A DNA stretch of 63,538 bases, counting the filler, from Welwitschia mirabilis (lineage: Eukaryota), in NCBI GenBank assembly GCA_051453625.1. It is 5 parts of one record of this genome, joined end to end, with 100 filler letters (N's around TTAATTAATTAA, not from the genome) between each part and the next. Parts side by side here need not be neighbours in the genome. Positions count along the whole stretch, not along the records: positions 1 to 22,582 come from JBOZIK010000001.1; 4 more parts are not named here. The stretch is one strand, 5' to 3'. Positions 1 to 11,628 of this stretch are shown here, in pieces. A program made the translations under genes and the position numbers. How positions within the stretch are numbered: position 1 is the first letter of the stretch; every line of letters begins with the position of its first letter. Below the pieces are notes generated by a model. It saw only the letters and a list, made by a program, of their open reading frames with translations. It was not told where the DNA came from and did no database searches.

Positions 1-367
1 TGACCTCTTATTCTTCTAATGTCAACTTCATTAAGAACTTTTCCTAGTTAGATCAAGTCGATTACTTATTATTTTTAGATCTACTGAACTTGCCTTAGTT
101 TTTTCTGTAAAATCTTTCTCTCATAGGACTGACTGCTAGTAATTTATGGTTGATTGCCATCTTACAATTTAAATTTTAAAATTTTACATGGGTTAACTGA
201 TCTTATCGATTGGTCACCCTTGTTTAAGGTGGTGTGATGTGGATTTTTAAATTTGCCCACTTCTTATTAAATCCTCATTTTTATTTTTCCTTCCTTATCA
301 TTTTCATCAACTTCTGTGGCTTACTCTTCTCTTTTGTCATGTTTTTTCTTCATATCTGATCTTCAAA

Positions 368-1270
368 TGGCTTCTTAGTAGTTAAGAGAGGGTTCCAGAA
401 AGAGAAGAAAGGAGTCTACTGTTAAACCTCCTTGCTACATCTTTTCAAGAATGATCTCATAGTAAATCAAGTATTTTGAAAAGCATTTTGAGTCCAGCCC
501 CATTACATTAGAGAGGACTTGCAAACCTATGTAGTTCCTCAGCTTGAGGGAGATCCAGACTCTTCTTGAGAAAATGAACTAGTGTTACTTCCTTCATGTC
601 TCAGACACATGTTATCCTTTAATCACTCGCTTATTCTATTCAAATGCTAGATTTGATGCTATCCATTCCACTTTTATTACCTCTATTTTTTGCCATGAGA
701 TGCACATAACTACTGATTTATTAGCTTCCCTCACTGGGCTACCTCAAGAAAACATGAAAGAATACTGATCCATGATTGGGTGCTTTGAAGAAAAGGACAT
801 TTCCACTGAGCATATGTATGGTACTTCTCTTACCTAGAAGGAGACCCTCAAAGCCTCTCAACTTCTTTTCAAGTTTCATCTTCTATACTTAATTTTTTCA
901 TATAATTTCCTTCCTGTTGCTGGGCACAGAGATGAACTCTCCAACTATTGAGTTTTTCTTCTCTACTTATTGAATTAGAGACATGACATTAATGCTTCTA
1001 GCATTATGCTAAAGCACACGATAAATTAGCTTTAGCCTTACAAGAGGTACTCCCTATCATATTCTTTTCTCATTACGTGGATTTGTTGGCACTTTGACAT
1101 TCCTCATCTTACTTGGTAGAAGATTCAGAAGCTTATGGGACCCATTGACTATGCCACACTCTCCAGGATGCACATCTTTAAGGAGTCTGCTACTTCTTCT
1201 AGGTCTAAGGTCAAGGCCTCTCACACTCTAGAAATTCTTCATCTTTTGTGCTAACTCAATTCTTGCACTT
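368..1270 (+). pseudogene. Degenerate extra ORF (env-like / putative plant transposon protein) of a Sirevirus-like Copia element
   Basis: Manual translation gives TCYPLITRLFYSNARF, SYNFLPVAGHRDELSNY*VFLLYLLN*RHDINASSIML and SLSYSFLITWICWHFDIP. These resemble the YPxLVREFYxN, LPxxGHxxxV and LPYxxLITxI motifs of LTR-element extra ORFs. It has several stops and lies directly upstream of multiple PPTs and an LTR. Confidence 0.7.
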
Positions 1271-1416
1271 GATATATTAAGTCTACTATCAGTGCTAGTG
1301 GTATTCTAGTCACTGATACTTCTCAAAGCGAAAGTGCCTAGTCTTTTGAAGTATTGGAGTCTGATTAAGTCTTTTCCTTCTCTCTTTCTCATTATACTCC
1401 CTGTCATTAATTTTAT

Positions 1417-1679
1417 CAAAAAGGAGGAGAATAAATTGTATTTTTATCATATGTATTTTTGTGATCGTCAATGTCAAATATAATCCTTTAATTGTATCTC
1501 AAAATTTAAATCATTTAATTAATACAAAATGTTTTTTAACCAATGAAAATTTCTCTTGTGTAAACTATTTTTTACTTGGAAAAGTCATGTCAAATTAACT
1601 TGATTGCAAATTTATTTGATTAAGGAGGAGCATACATTTTAAAATAGTGTTTTCTTCAATCAATGACAAAGGGGAATTT
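1417..1679 (+). other. Multiple polypurine tracts upstream of the 3' LTR
   Basis: caaaaaggaggagaa (1417), taaggaggag (1621) and gacaaaggggaa (1665), the last just before TG at 1680. Repeated PPTs are characteristic of Sireviruses. Confidence 0.65.
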
Positions 1680-2953
1680 TGTTAAGAACTTATTATCATT
1701 AATCAAATTAACAAGTTTTTATGAAGTTAGTTATTTAACAAAGATTTTCTAGCATCGAGTGACTGCTATATAAATCTAGACGACCAATCTGTTATATGAA
1801 TATAAACTGAATAACAAGTAGAAAACTGTATGAAATTCAAAGGGTTACTAGAATATTATTAAGATAAAACTATTTTAGAATCAGACGATCAAGTTTTCCA
1901 AGTCAGGGCAACTAAACTGTTAATCAGATGAAGACCGTTTCCAGCATCGGTAACCATGCATGTTGCATAGGGTGACCGACTTTCAAATCTATTGTAGACT
2001 AAGACAAAAGAGGGCAACCTATCATATGCTCAAGGGCAACTAAACTATATTTTGCAAATTTCAGTCTACTAACAGTAAGGACAAATGAGTGTATAATTAA
2101 GGACGACTGCATACTACCCAGAAATAATCATAAAAATGTTAACCGAGATCTTAATTTAGGATGATCTAAATAAGGTCAACCCCATATTTATTGAAGGATG
2201 ACTGAATGTTCCTATATAACAGAATGACAAATCTGAGTTAAGAAAGGATGACTAAATGAAATAAATAAGGGCACATAAAAGTTCCCATTTAACAGACTGA
2301 CAAATCTGAGTTAAGGAAGGGTGACCGAACGAAATCAACAAGGGTGACTGAATACCAGGGTAATCGAGTTTATTTTAAGCTCAACCCAATGTATTATAAA
2401 TATAACCATTATACTTTCACAATTCATCAAATAGTGTAGAATCCATTGCAATGACTTGCTTTTTATCTCCAAATGGCTAACTCTCATGGATACTCTATTT
2501 AAGTACCTTTTTTTCTAAGGTGAAGATTACCTCTTTTGATATTAAAATGTTACATCAATCATTCTGTACTTAAATGACTAGGAGCTTAGATTTCTTTTGA
2601 GAGCTTCTCTTCATACCTATGCTTCTAAGAGCTTACTGTGCATCTTATTCTTGTGGAGCATAACTATGCATTTGTGCACTTTGCTTATATATACTTTCCT
2701 TTGTAGTTGTGTATTAGCTCTAAAATCCTCTAGTGATTATATAGGTTTATGATAAGCCTAAAATTAACCTTTGAGATTAATCTATGCTAGCTAGAAATAA
2801 GTGGTCTAAGAGCTAAAGGATGATGTCTATGCATCATTAAAAATACTTTGTGATTTTTGGTGGAGTGTTTAACTTTTATTTACAAGTCTTCAAAGTGGAC
2901 GAATTTTTTTTTATGACCTATTCACCCCCCTCTAGGATCAATCCATATTTTCA
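1680..2953 (+). mobile_element. 3' LTR of a Sirevirus-like Ty1/copia element
   Basis: Starts TGTT after the PPT and ends CA at 2953, about 20 bp after attcacccccctctagg (2920-2936). It contains repeated degenerate motifs (gggtgaccgac, gggcaactaaac, ggatgactgaa) at about 1750-2360. Confidence 0.75.
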
Positions 2954-3651
2954 CTAATACTATATTGATGCAATGATAAAGAACTCTTTCTGGTAAGAGA
3001 AATGTCATAGAATTAAGTCCTCAACATAACAAAACTAAATTTTTTAAAATTTGACCAATAGTTTTCCATCTTCTATGCACATCTACATTGCCAGATAATT
3101 ATACATCTTTTGGCTCTACTTAACACACATGTTTTTAAGGTAGTTATNNNNNNNNNNNNNNNNNNNNNNNNNNNNNNNNNNNNNNNNNNNNNNNNNNNNN
3201 NNNNNNNNNNNNNNNNNNNNNNNNNNNNNNNNNNNNNNNNNNNNNNNNNNNNNNNNNNNNNNNNNNNNNNNNNNNNNNNNNNNNNNNNNNNNNNNNNNNN
3301 NNNNNNNNNNNNNNNNNNNNNNNNNNNNNNNNNNNNNNNNNNNNNNNNNNNNNNNNNNNNNNNNNNNNNNNNNNNNNNNNNNNNNNNNNNNNNNNNNNNN
3401 NNNNNNNNNNNNNNNNNNNNNNNNNNNNNNNNNNNNNNNNNNNNNNNNNNNNNNNNNNNNNNNNNNNNNNNNNNNNNNNNNNNNNNNNNNNNNNNNNNNN
3501 NNNNNNNNNNNNNNNNNNNNNNNNNNNNNNNNNNNNNNNNNNNNNNNNNNNNNNNNNNNNNNNNNNNNNNNNNNNNNNNNNNNNNNNNNNNNNNNNNNNN
3601 NNNNNNNNNNNNNNNNNNNNNNNNTTTTTGGAATTCTTGTTTTCTAATAAG

Positions 3652-3663
3652 TGGTATCAAAGC
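3652..3663 (+). other. Primer-binding site (tRNA-iMet type)
   Basis: tggtatcaaagc, one transition from TGGTATCAGAGC, 2 nt after the LTR end. Confidence 0.85.
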
Positions 3664-4718
3664 TTCTAGGCTAGGATTCCTAAAGCTTATTAAAAACTTC
3701 TTGAGCACTTGTACTTCTTGTTGTCTCTTGAATCTCTTGCATGCCTTTGCATGTTTGCTTTGTACTTAGCTTTACTAATTTATTTTTAGTCTTAAGATTT
3801 TTTTTTTGTAAGTTTTATGTTATCTTTCATGCTTCTTTTCTTCAAATAGTGTAGTGTTCTTACTATTGTTTTTGCAAATTTTTAAAGTATCCTATGTACT
3901 CAACTTCTTTTGCATGCTTGATTGCCACTATCTCATTGTCTATGTGCTCAACCACCCTGTGCTACATCCTATGCTTGTCACCTGCCTCTTGCATTGTTGT
4001 TTGCAATTCCTGCTATTTTCTTTTCTACATTGGTTTTTCTTGTGCACACTAGTTTGTGGCTTTCTTGCTCATTGGTTCTTACTATTGCTGACTCAACTAC
4101 TACTGCTATTTACTGCCTCCCTACCTTCTGTGCCTTTCTATGATTATCATAGCACTTTCTACTATTTAGTGCCTAACCTATAGCGGTGTGTACCTATGAT
4201 GCACTTGCTGTATTCTAATTCTTTGATGTAGTATTTTTTTCATCCCTACCAGTATTCATGCTTACCTCTAGTACCACAATGGTCTATTAGCTTTTTTCCT
4301 ATTAGCTTCCACTTAATAGCCTCTGCCTAACCTTGGATTCACATCTTGCCTATTCTTCCTATGCTTAGTTGTGCTGCTTATCCATTGTAAGTTCAGCATA
4401 GTTACACCTACACCACTCCTTTTCTTTCAAGCTTGCTACCAGTGCTCATTGATCTTCTTTGCACATGTGTTATGGCTCCTATCCTATGCCTTTTATGTAT
4501 TCTTCATTCCTTCTGCTTTATGATCTGTGCTAGCTAATTCACATGCTCTTAGTTCACCACTGCATGCTTGTGGTTCATGTCTTTTTCTATCGGCTTTATT
4601 GGTCATGCCTGCACCTGCCATCCACCATGACTTGTGATCTGTTAATGCTAGTTAGCATTTAAACAAATGCCAGCATCATTTTTAATAATTTTATTCGAGG
4701 ATATATTCACCAACTCAA

Positions 4719-4786
4719 TGTTGGTGTAATGGTAAAGGCAGTTATTTGTTAAGTAGGAGGTGCAGGGTTTGATTTGATACCCTAGC
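4719..4786 (+). other. tRNA-like relic (A-box, GTT anticodon-like arm, B-box) in the retroelement leader; second copy at 5563-5630
   Basis: ggtgtaatggtaaa (D-loop/A-box-like), ttat-TTGTTAA-gtag (7-nt loop with GTT), aggt variable region, caggg-tttga..ta-ccct (T-arm-like, with a duplicated tttga). There is no convincing acceptor stem. Confidence 0.5.
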
Positions 4787-7700
4787 AAAAATCCAAAACT
4801 TTTAAACTTTATGCTGCCTCATTATTCATTTATGCACACATGCAGTACCTGAGCCATTACTTAACCATTATCCAGTTATGCACACATGCAGTTTAGCTAG
4901 TTATTGCTCAGCCATTAGTTTTGTTTTATGCACATTAGTAGTTTTAGCCCTTTTTTGCTATTTTTAAAGTTTTTGAATTTTTTTCCAAATTTTTAAGCCC
5001 CAAAATTAGTTTTGTAAGCATATTTTTTTGTGTTTTTTAAAGGTTTTTGGGAATTTTTTCTTAATTACAAGCTCTTAACCTTATTGTTTCCCCATCAAGT
5101 CAAGTTTGGGATGTGGAGCAAGATTTACTTAACTTGATTTTTCTCTTATTTNNNNNNNNNNNNNNNNNNNNNNNNNNNNNNNNNNNNNNNNNNNNNNNNN
5201 NNNNNNNNNNNNNNNNNNNNNNNNNNNNNNNNNNNNNNNNNNNNNNNNNNNTCTTTTCTCCTAAGCTTGCTACCAGTGCTCATTGATCTTCTTTACACCT
5301 GTGCTATGCCTTCTATCCTATGCCTTTTATGCGTTCTTTGTGCCTTGCACTCTATGATCTTTAGTTTTCTATGCTAGTTAATCCACATGCTCTCAGTTCA
5401 CCACTGCATACCTGTGCTTCACGTCTTTGTCTATCAGCTTTCTTGCTCATGCCTACACCTGCCATCCACCCTAGCTTGTGATCAGTCAATGCTATTCAGC
5501 ATTTAAACAAATGTTAGCATCATTTTTAATAATTTTACTCAAGGCTATATTCATCAATTCAATGTTAGCATAGTAGCAAAGGAAGTTATTTATTAAGTAG
5601 GAGGTGCAGGGTTTGATTCAATACCGTAGGAAAAATCCAAAACTTTTAAACTTTATGCTGCCTCATCATTCATTTCTGTGCACATGCAGTTTACTTGAGC
5701 CATTGCTCAGCCGTTATCCACTTACGCGCACATGCAGTTTAGCTAGCTGTTGCTCAGCCATTAGTCTTGTTTCATGCACATGAGTAGTTTTAGCCATTTT
5801 TTGCTATTTTTTAAGTTTTTGAGCATTTTTTTCCAAATTTGTAAGCTCCAAATTCAGTTTTGTAAGCCTATTTTTTGTGTTTTTTAAATATTTTTGGGTA
5901 TTTTTTTCCTGATTATAAGTCCTTAACCTTATTTTTTCCCCATCAAGTTGATTTTAGGATGTGGAGAAAAATCTACTTGACTTGATTTTTTTTCTTATTT
6001 AGACTAATTTTTATGATTTGAATAGATTGAGATAAGTTTGGGATGTTGAGCAAGGTCTAGCTGGCTTAACTATATCAAATCAGACATTATCCTCATGTGT
6101 GTTTTTTGGTGTTTTTTCCTTTCTTTCTTTTTCATACTAAAATTTTAATTTTCTATGATTAAGTTTAAAACTATAAATTACTTTCACTCCTAAATACATT
6201 TTATTTTGCACTATCAATAAGTTTTAGTTGGTGATAGGCATGATGAGCCTTATGTGGATAGAGATCTATGTGAGGCTATGCTACCATCTAAGCTTATTAT
6301 GCAGTCTTAACTACCTTAGTTGTGAAGTCTGGGCCATATGGAGAGTTGTGTCTCTCTTAAGTGGAAATGTGTCTATCACCCTGAGGTCTAGATTCCTGCA
6401 TGCATCTTAGTAATTCAGGGTATATTGGATGAAAAACAGAGGCATAATGGTAGGGTATACTTGGATTTCATCACCAAGTTTTAGGGAGTTATAAGTGTAA
6501 TCAATCTTAAAATTTACTGAGTATAAGTAAGTTACCAACATTGCATGGTACTCTCCCTTAAGAAGGGTATATACCTAAGATAACCAAAAATGGCTAATGA
6601 CTTGAAAGATCCACTGAGGTGATTTACATTTTTTTGTACTTTTACTTCCTTATGAAATAAGAGTATTATCTTAGAGATGACATGATCACTAACTAGACTA
6701 GGGAGCAATCCTTAAAACTGACAAATTTGCATTTTCATCACCTAACAATCAAAATTAGATCCCTTCATGTTAAAATTTACCTCACTCACATTTAGAACTC
6801 TTTAACAAATTACCTTGTCTATTCTCATGTACATAGGTTTTATGTGGTTAAGGGAGGTGTTTGTTTTGATTATCACACATTGTCGTTTGGATAGATTACT
6901 TGAATCTTTGAGATTAATTCTTTATTGTTATGACTATACCTCTCTTTTATGACCTATTTTTTCCTTTATTTTATTTTATTTGCATTATGACTTGAATAGA
7001 TTACTTTAAACATGTGGATGAAAGCAAGATCTCTTTTTNNNNNNNNNNNNNNNNNNNNNNNNNNNNNNNNNNNNNNNNNNNNNNNNNNNNNNNNNNNNNN
7101 NNNNNNNNNNNNNNNNNNNNNNNNNNNNNNNNNNNNNNGTCCCTATCCTTATGTGTGTTTTTTGGTGTTTTTCCCTTTCTTGTTTTCTCATACTAGAATT
7201 TTAATTTTCTATGGTTAAGTTTGAAACTAGAAATTACTTTTACTTCTAAACACATCATGTTCTACACTAGTAATAAGTTTTAGTTGGTGACAGGCGTGAC
7301 GAGCCTTATGTAGATAGAGATTTGTGTCAGGATATGCTATCTTCTGAGCTTATTATTTAGTTTTAACTACCTTAAATATGAAATTTAAGCCATATGGAGA
7401 GTTGTATCTCTCTTTAGTGGAAACATCCCTATTACCCTGAGGTCTAAATTCCTATGTGTACCTTGATAATTAAGGGTATATTAGGTGAAGGTTGGAGGCA
7501 CAATGGTAGAGTCTACTTGGGTATCATCCTTAGAGAGGACATGATCACTAATTAGATTTAGGAGTAAACCTTAAAATTGACAAATCTGCATTTTCATCAC
7601 CTAACAATTAAATTAGAACCCTTCATGTTAAAATTTACCTCACTCACATTTAGAACTCTTTAATAAATTACCTTGTTTATTCTCATGCATATAGGTTTTA

Positions 7701-10700
7701 TATAGCTAAGGAGGGGTTTGTTTTGATTATTGCACATTATGGTTTGAATAGATTTCTTAAATCTTTAAATTGATTCCTTTTCATTATGACTATACCTCTC
7801 TGTCATGACCTCTTTTTTTTTTAATTTTATTTTATATGCATTATGACTTGGATAGATTACTTTAAGCTTGAAGANNNNNNNNNNNNNNNNNNNNNNNNNN
7901 NNNNNNNNNNNNNNNNNNNNNNNNNNNNNNNNNNNNNNNNNNNNNNNNNNNNNNNNNNNNNNNNNNNNNNNNNNNNNNNNNNNNNNNNNAGCAAGATCCC
8001 TCTAGAATATGAATTTACCTCACAACTTTTAATCCTTCTCTTTTTATTTTTTAGTATTCATCATGGCTTTGACATCAAAAGGTAGACTTCAGACCTTGTA
8101 AAAAAGCTTCATCCTAGTATTGATTACTAGAATAATATCCAATGCTAGAGTGATTTTGCATGATGATCAGAGTTGAAAGGATTGAAATGAATATTTTATG
8201 TCAATAATGCACATATATGATTTTGGTACAAATTTTTTTAAAATAGAACATGATACCCTTCAAGATTGATAAAGAAAATGCATGGAAAGCCATTGATTGC
8301 AAGCTCACAGAGAATGTAAAAATTAGTGGCTACTTCATATAAAAGTTGGTTGATAGAAGTAAGTTTTGGTATACCAACTATGGTGTTTTATAGAAAATCT
8401 TTAATGTGAAGAATGATCTTGAATTGATTAATCTTATTACAAGCATGAATAACGTTTACTATGAAAGGGGTAAAATGTTTTAGCTTATAGCTCAGATGAN
8501 NNNNNNNNNNNNNNNAGTTACTAAGATAGATCCAACCCAAAAGCTTTATATAAATTATGTCAACTTGATTCATTGCTATTTGGAGGATCCATTTCTTTTG
8601 TAGCTACATCCTATCTCTTCATGGGAGTAAGCACCTACCTAATATGAAATTTAATAGGCTCAATAAGGATCTTATTACCACATAAGTTCATTTTAACTTC
8701 ACAAACTCCTCATTCTTTGATGTAGCTTGCAAAATTTCTTAGTCTCATGGATCTCCTCCTAAACATAAACAATCTTCTTACAATTCTCATTCATTAAAGA
8801 TATCATATCATGATGAGAAAAAGGCTTCGCAAAAATAGTAAAAGAAACCTAATCAAACTTCACTGAATAAAATCAAGTTTAGCATTTTGCTACTTCAATG
8901 AAAAAGTGATATCAGTGCTCATGATGTAAAAGAAGGGATCATACCTTAGACTTTTGTAAAATTCCTTTAGATAGGATTAAATCTACTCCTAAGGCAAATG
9001 TAGTTATGAAAGAGTATAAATCCCTTAATGATGATGATCATTACGAGTTAAATGCAATTTTTGATACTTCCAACTTTGTGGGTATAAGTGAGCACATACC
9101 TCATGATGAAACTTAGANNNNNNNNNNNNNNNNNNNNNNNNNNNNNNNNNNNNNNNNNNNNNNNNNNNNNNNNNNNNNNNNNNNNNNNNNNNNNNNNNNN
9201 NNNNNNNNNNNNNNNNNTTCATAGACTCCTCATTCTTTGATGCAGCTTGCAAAGTTTCTCATTCTCATGGATCTCCTCCTAAACATAAATAATCTTCTTA
9301 CAACTCTCATTCATCAAAGACCTCATATCATGATAGGAAAAAGGCTTCAAAAAAATAGTAAAAGAAACCTAATTAGACTTCACCAAATAAAAAGCAAAGT
9401 TAGCATTCTGCTACTCCTACGAAAAACCAATATTAGTGCTCATAATGTGAAAGAAGGGATCATACCTTAGACTTTTGTCAGATGCCTTGGGATAAGATTA
9501 AATCTACACCTAAGGCAAATGCTGTTATTGAAGAGTATAAATCCCTTGATGATGTTGATCATTATGAGTCAAATGCATTTTTTAATACTTCTAACTTTGT
9601 AGGTATGAGTGAGCAGATACCTCATGATGAAACTTGGATTCTTGACATGCTAATTGTCACATAACTTATCAGTGTGATTATTTTAATGACTTTGTCAAAG
9701 TGCCCACTCAAGTTTATTTGTTAGATAGAACTCTAGTTCTAATGGAAGGCTATGGTTTAGTTACTCTTAACTTGACATCGGTCTCTCCATAAACTACTTC
9801 TTATGCTCTATATACGCCTTCTTTAAGGTCGCATCTTCTATCACTTTCCACCTTGGTATGAGAATATTACTCATTCTCTATGGCAAAGAATTTAGTGGAT
9901 ATTTTTAATTTCAATAACAAAATAGCTATGCGAAGCTACAAAGATGGTAAACTTATTCATCTTTAAGATTGTATTAAAAAGTGTGAGACCACTTACATCA
10001 CTTCCCAAGCCGAAACTTTGGATGCTCAATATCCTACGGTTGAGGGGGGGTGATGTAGATACCAATCTTACTTTAGTTCCTTCTATTGGTACAACTTCTT
10101 TACAACCTTTACAAATTAAACAATTCTGTGCTCTGAGCACTCTTAATCATGGTTTCCATAGTAATATAATAGGTTCTCTAATCAAAGAAGTTGAGACTAC
10201 CAATAGGTAACATCCTAGTCCTTGGTCATAGTCTACTTTATAAGGTATTCATTNNNNNNNNNNNNNNNNNNNNNNNNNNNNNNNNNNNNNNNNNNNNNNN
10301 NNNNNNNNNNNNNNNNNNNNNNNNNNNNNNNNNNNNNNNNNNNNNNNNNNNNNAGTTCTTGATCATAGCCTACTCTCCAAGGTATTCATCAGAATGAAAA
10401 GTGTAAAACTGGAACCATATATAGCTCACATGCAACTCATGATAATGATGTTAATGAGCTTCATTTAATTTCTAATGGTAAACTAACTTCTTTAAAAGAC
10501 ATAATTTTATATTATCAATGGATCCAAGCCATAAAAAAAGAATACTATGCTCTTGTAGAAAATGGTACATGGGAGTTGATTCATAAAATTTAGGAACCTA
10601 TACAACATGGAGTCATTACATTAGTACATCATCCAATTATAGAGTCAATAATTACTACTCAAAAAAAATGCTAGGTTGAGAGAGACATTCCAATATCTTA

Positions 10701-11461
10701 ATCCAAAATTGGATTAACAAATAATGAGTTGAATTAAACTNNNNNNNNNNNNNNNNNNNNNNNNNNNNNNNNNNNNNNNNNNNNNNNNNNNNNNNNNNNN
10801 NNNNNNNNNNNNNNNNNNNNNNNNNNNNNNNNNNNNNNNNGCAGACAACTCATGACAATGATGTTGATGAGCTTCATTTAATTTCTAATGGTAAACCAAC
10901 TTCTTTAAAAGACATCATTTTACATTATTAATGAATCCAAGCCATAAAAGAAGAATACCATGATCTTGTAGAAAATGGTACATGGGAGTTGGTTCATAAA
11001 ATTTAGGAACTTATACAACATGAAGTCATTACACTAGTATATCATCCAACTGTAAAATCAATAATTACTACTCAAGCAAAGATGCTTAGTTAAGAGAAGT
11101 TCCAATATTTCAATCCAAGATTAGATTGACAAATAATGAGTTGAGGTAAACTCATTTTCTTTTTATACATCATGGGATTCACTTGACTGTTAAATCTTTG
11201 ATTGAAGTCATATTGAATCCTAGTACTATGAAATGTGTAGTACACATTTTATCCTAGCATTACAAGGTGTGTAATGCACAAGAATAAGTCTATCTACTAT
11301 GGGATGTGTAGCAGTGAATTGACTGCTTCTTTTACAAAGTAGTTTTCTCATACGAAAACTCCTTTTTGAAGGTTTTATTATAGGCCAAATTTGCAAGGTT
11401 TTTCCCCAAGCACTCTAGTTTTACCTTGAAAAAGAGTGTATCTCCATATTCAAGGGAAAAT

Positions 11462-11628
11462 TAATAAGGCTAAGACACACCATGGTCCCATGCCTAGGAA
11501 TATGTAAAAATCCTAGTGATGTGCTTATCTATTTAAGTAAGCTCTTTATTGAATAAGAAAGAGGAGAAATAAAATTTTAATTGGGAAATCTTATGCCTCT
11601 CCATTTTTGGCATTTTTGTTTTCTAACA
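11462..11628 (+). repeat. About 170-bp 3' LTR of Copia derivative copy 1
   Basis: Follows purine tract caagggaaaa and ends ctaaca. It is homologous to 17087-17258 and 18602-18773, which follow clearer PPTs. Confidence 0.7.

Larger units (their letters stand above)
3625..11628 (+). mobile_element. Non-autonomous short-LTR Ty1/copia derivative, copy 1 (gag-protease relic; integrase and RT core deleted)
   Basis: The 5' LTR end 3625-3649 matches the 3' LTR end at about 11602-11628. It has a PBS at 3652, a long leader, a probable gag ATG at 8063, protease ETWILD at 9629-9646, RT N-terminus ENGTWELV fused to the RNaseH tail, and a PPT at about 11450. Internal 100-N gaps are flanked by duplicated sequence. 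Confidence 0.75.

Noticed and set aside
3073..3769. Long ORFs in the track that span N runs (also 14852-15142, 41082-41931, 48037-48630 and others)
   Set aside because: They are open only because Ns contain no stop codons.
3854..4183. 109-aa hydrophobic ORF resembling a membrane protein
   Set aside because: It has a non-ATG start in a T/C-rich retroelement leader, and base composition explains the hydrophobicity.
4719..4786. Functional tRNA-Asn gene
   Set aside because: There is no acceptor stem, the T-loop is mutated and duplicated, and the second copy has a changed anticodon loop. It is kept only as a tRNA-like relic.
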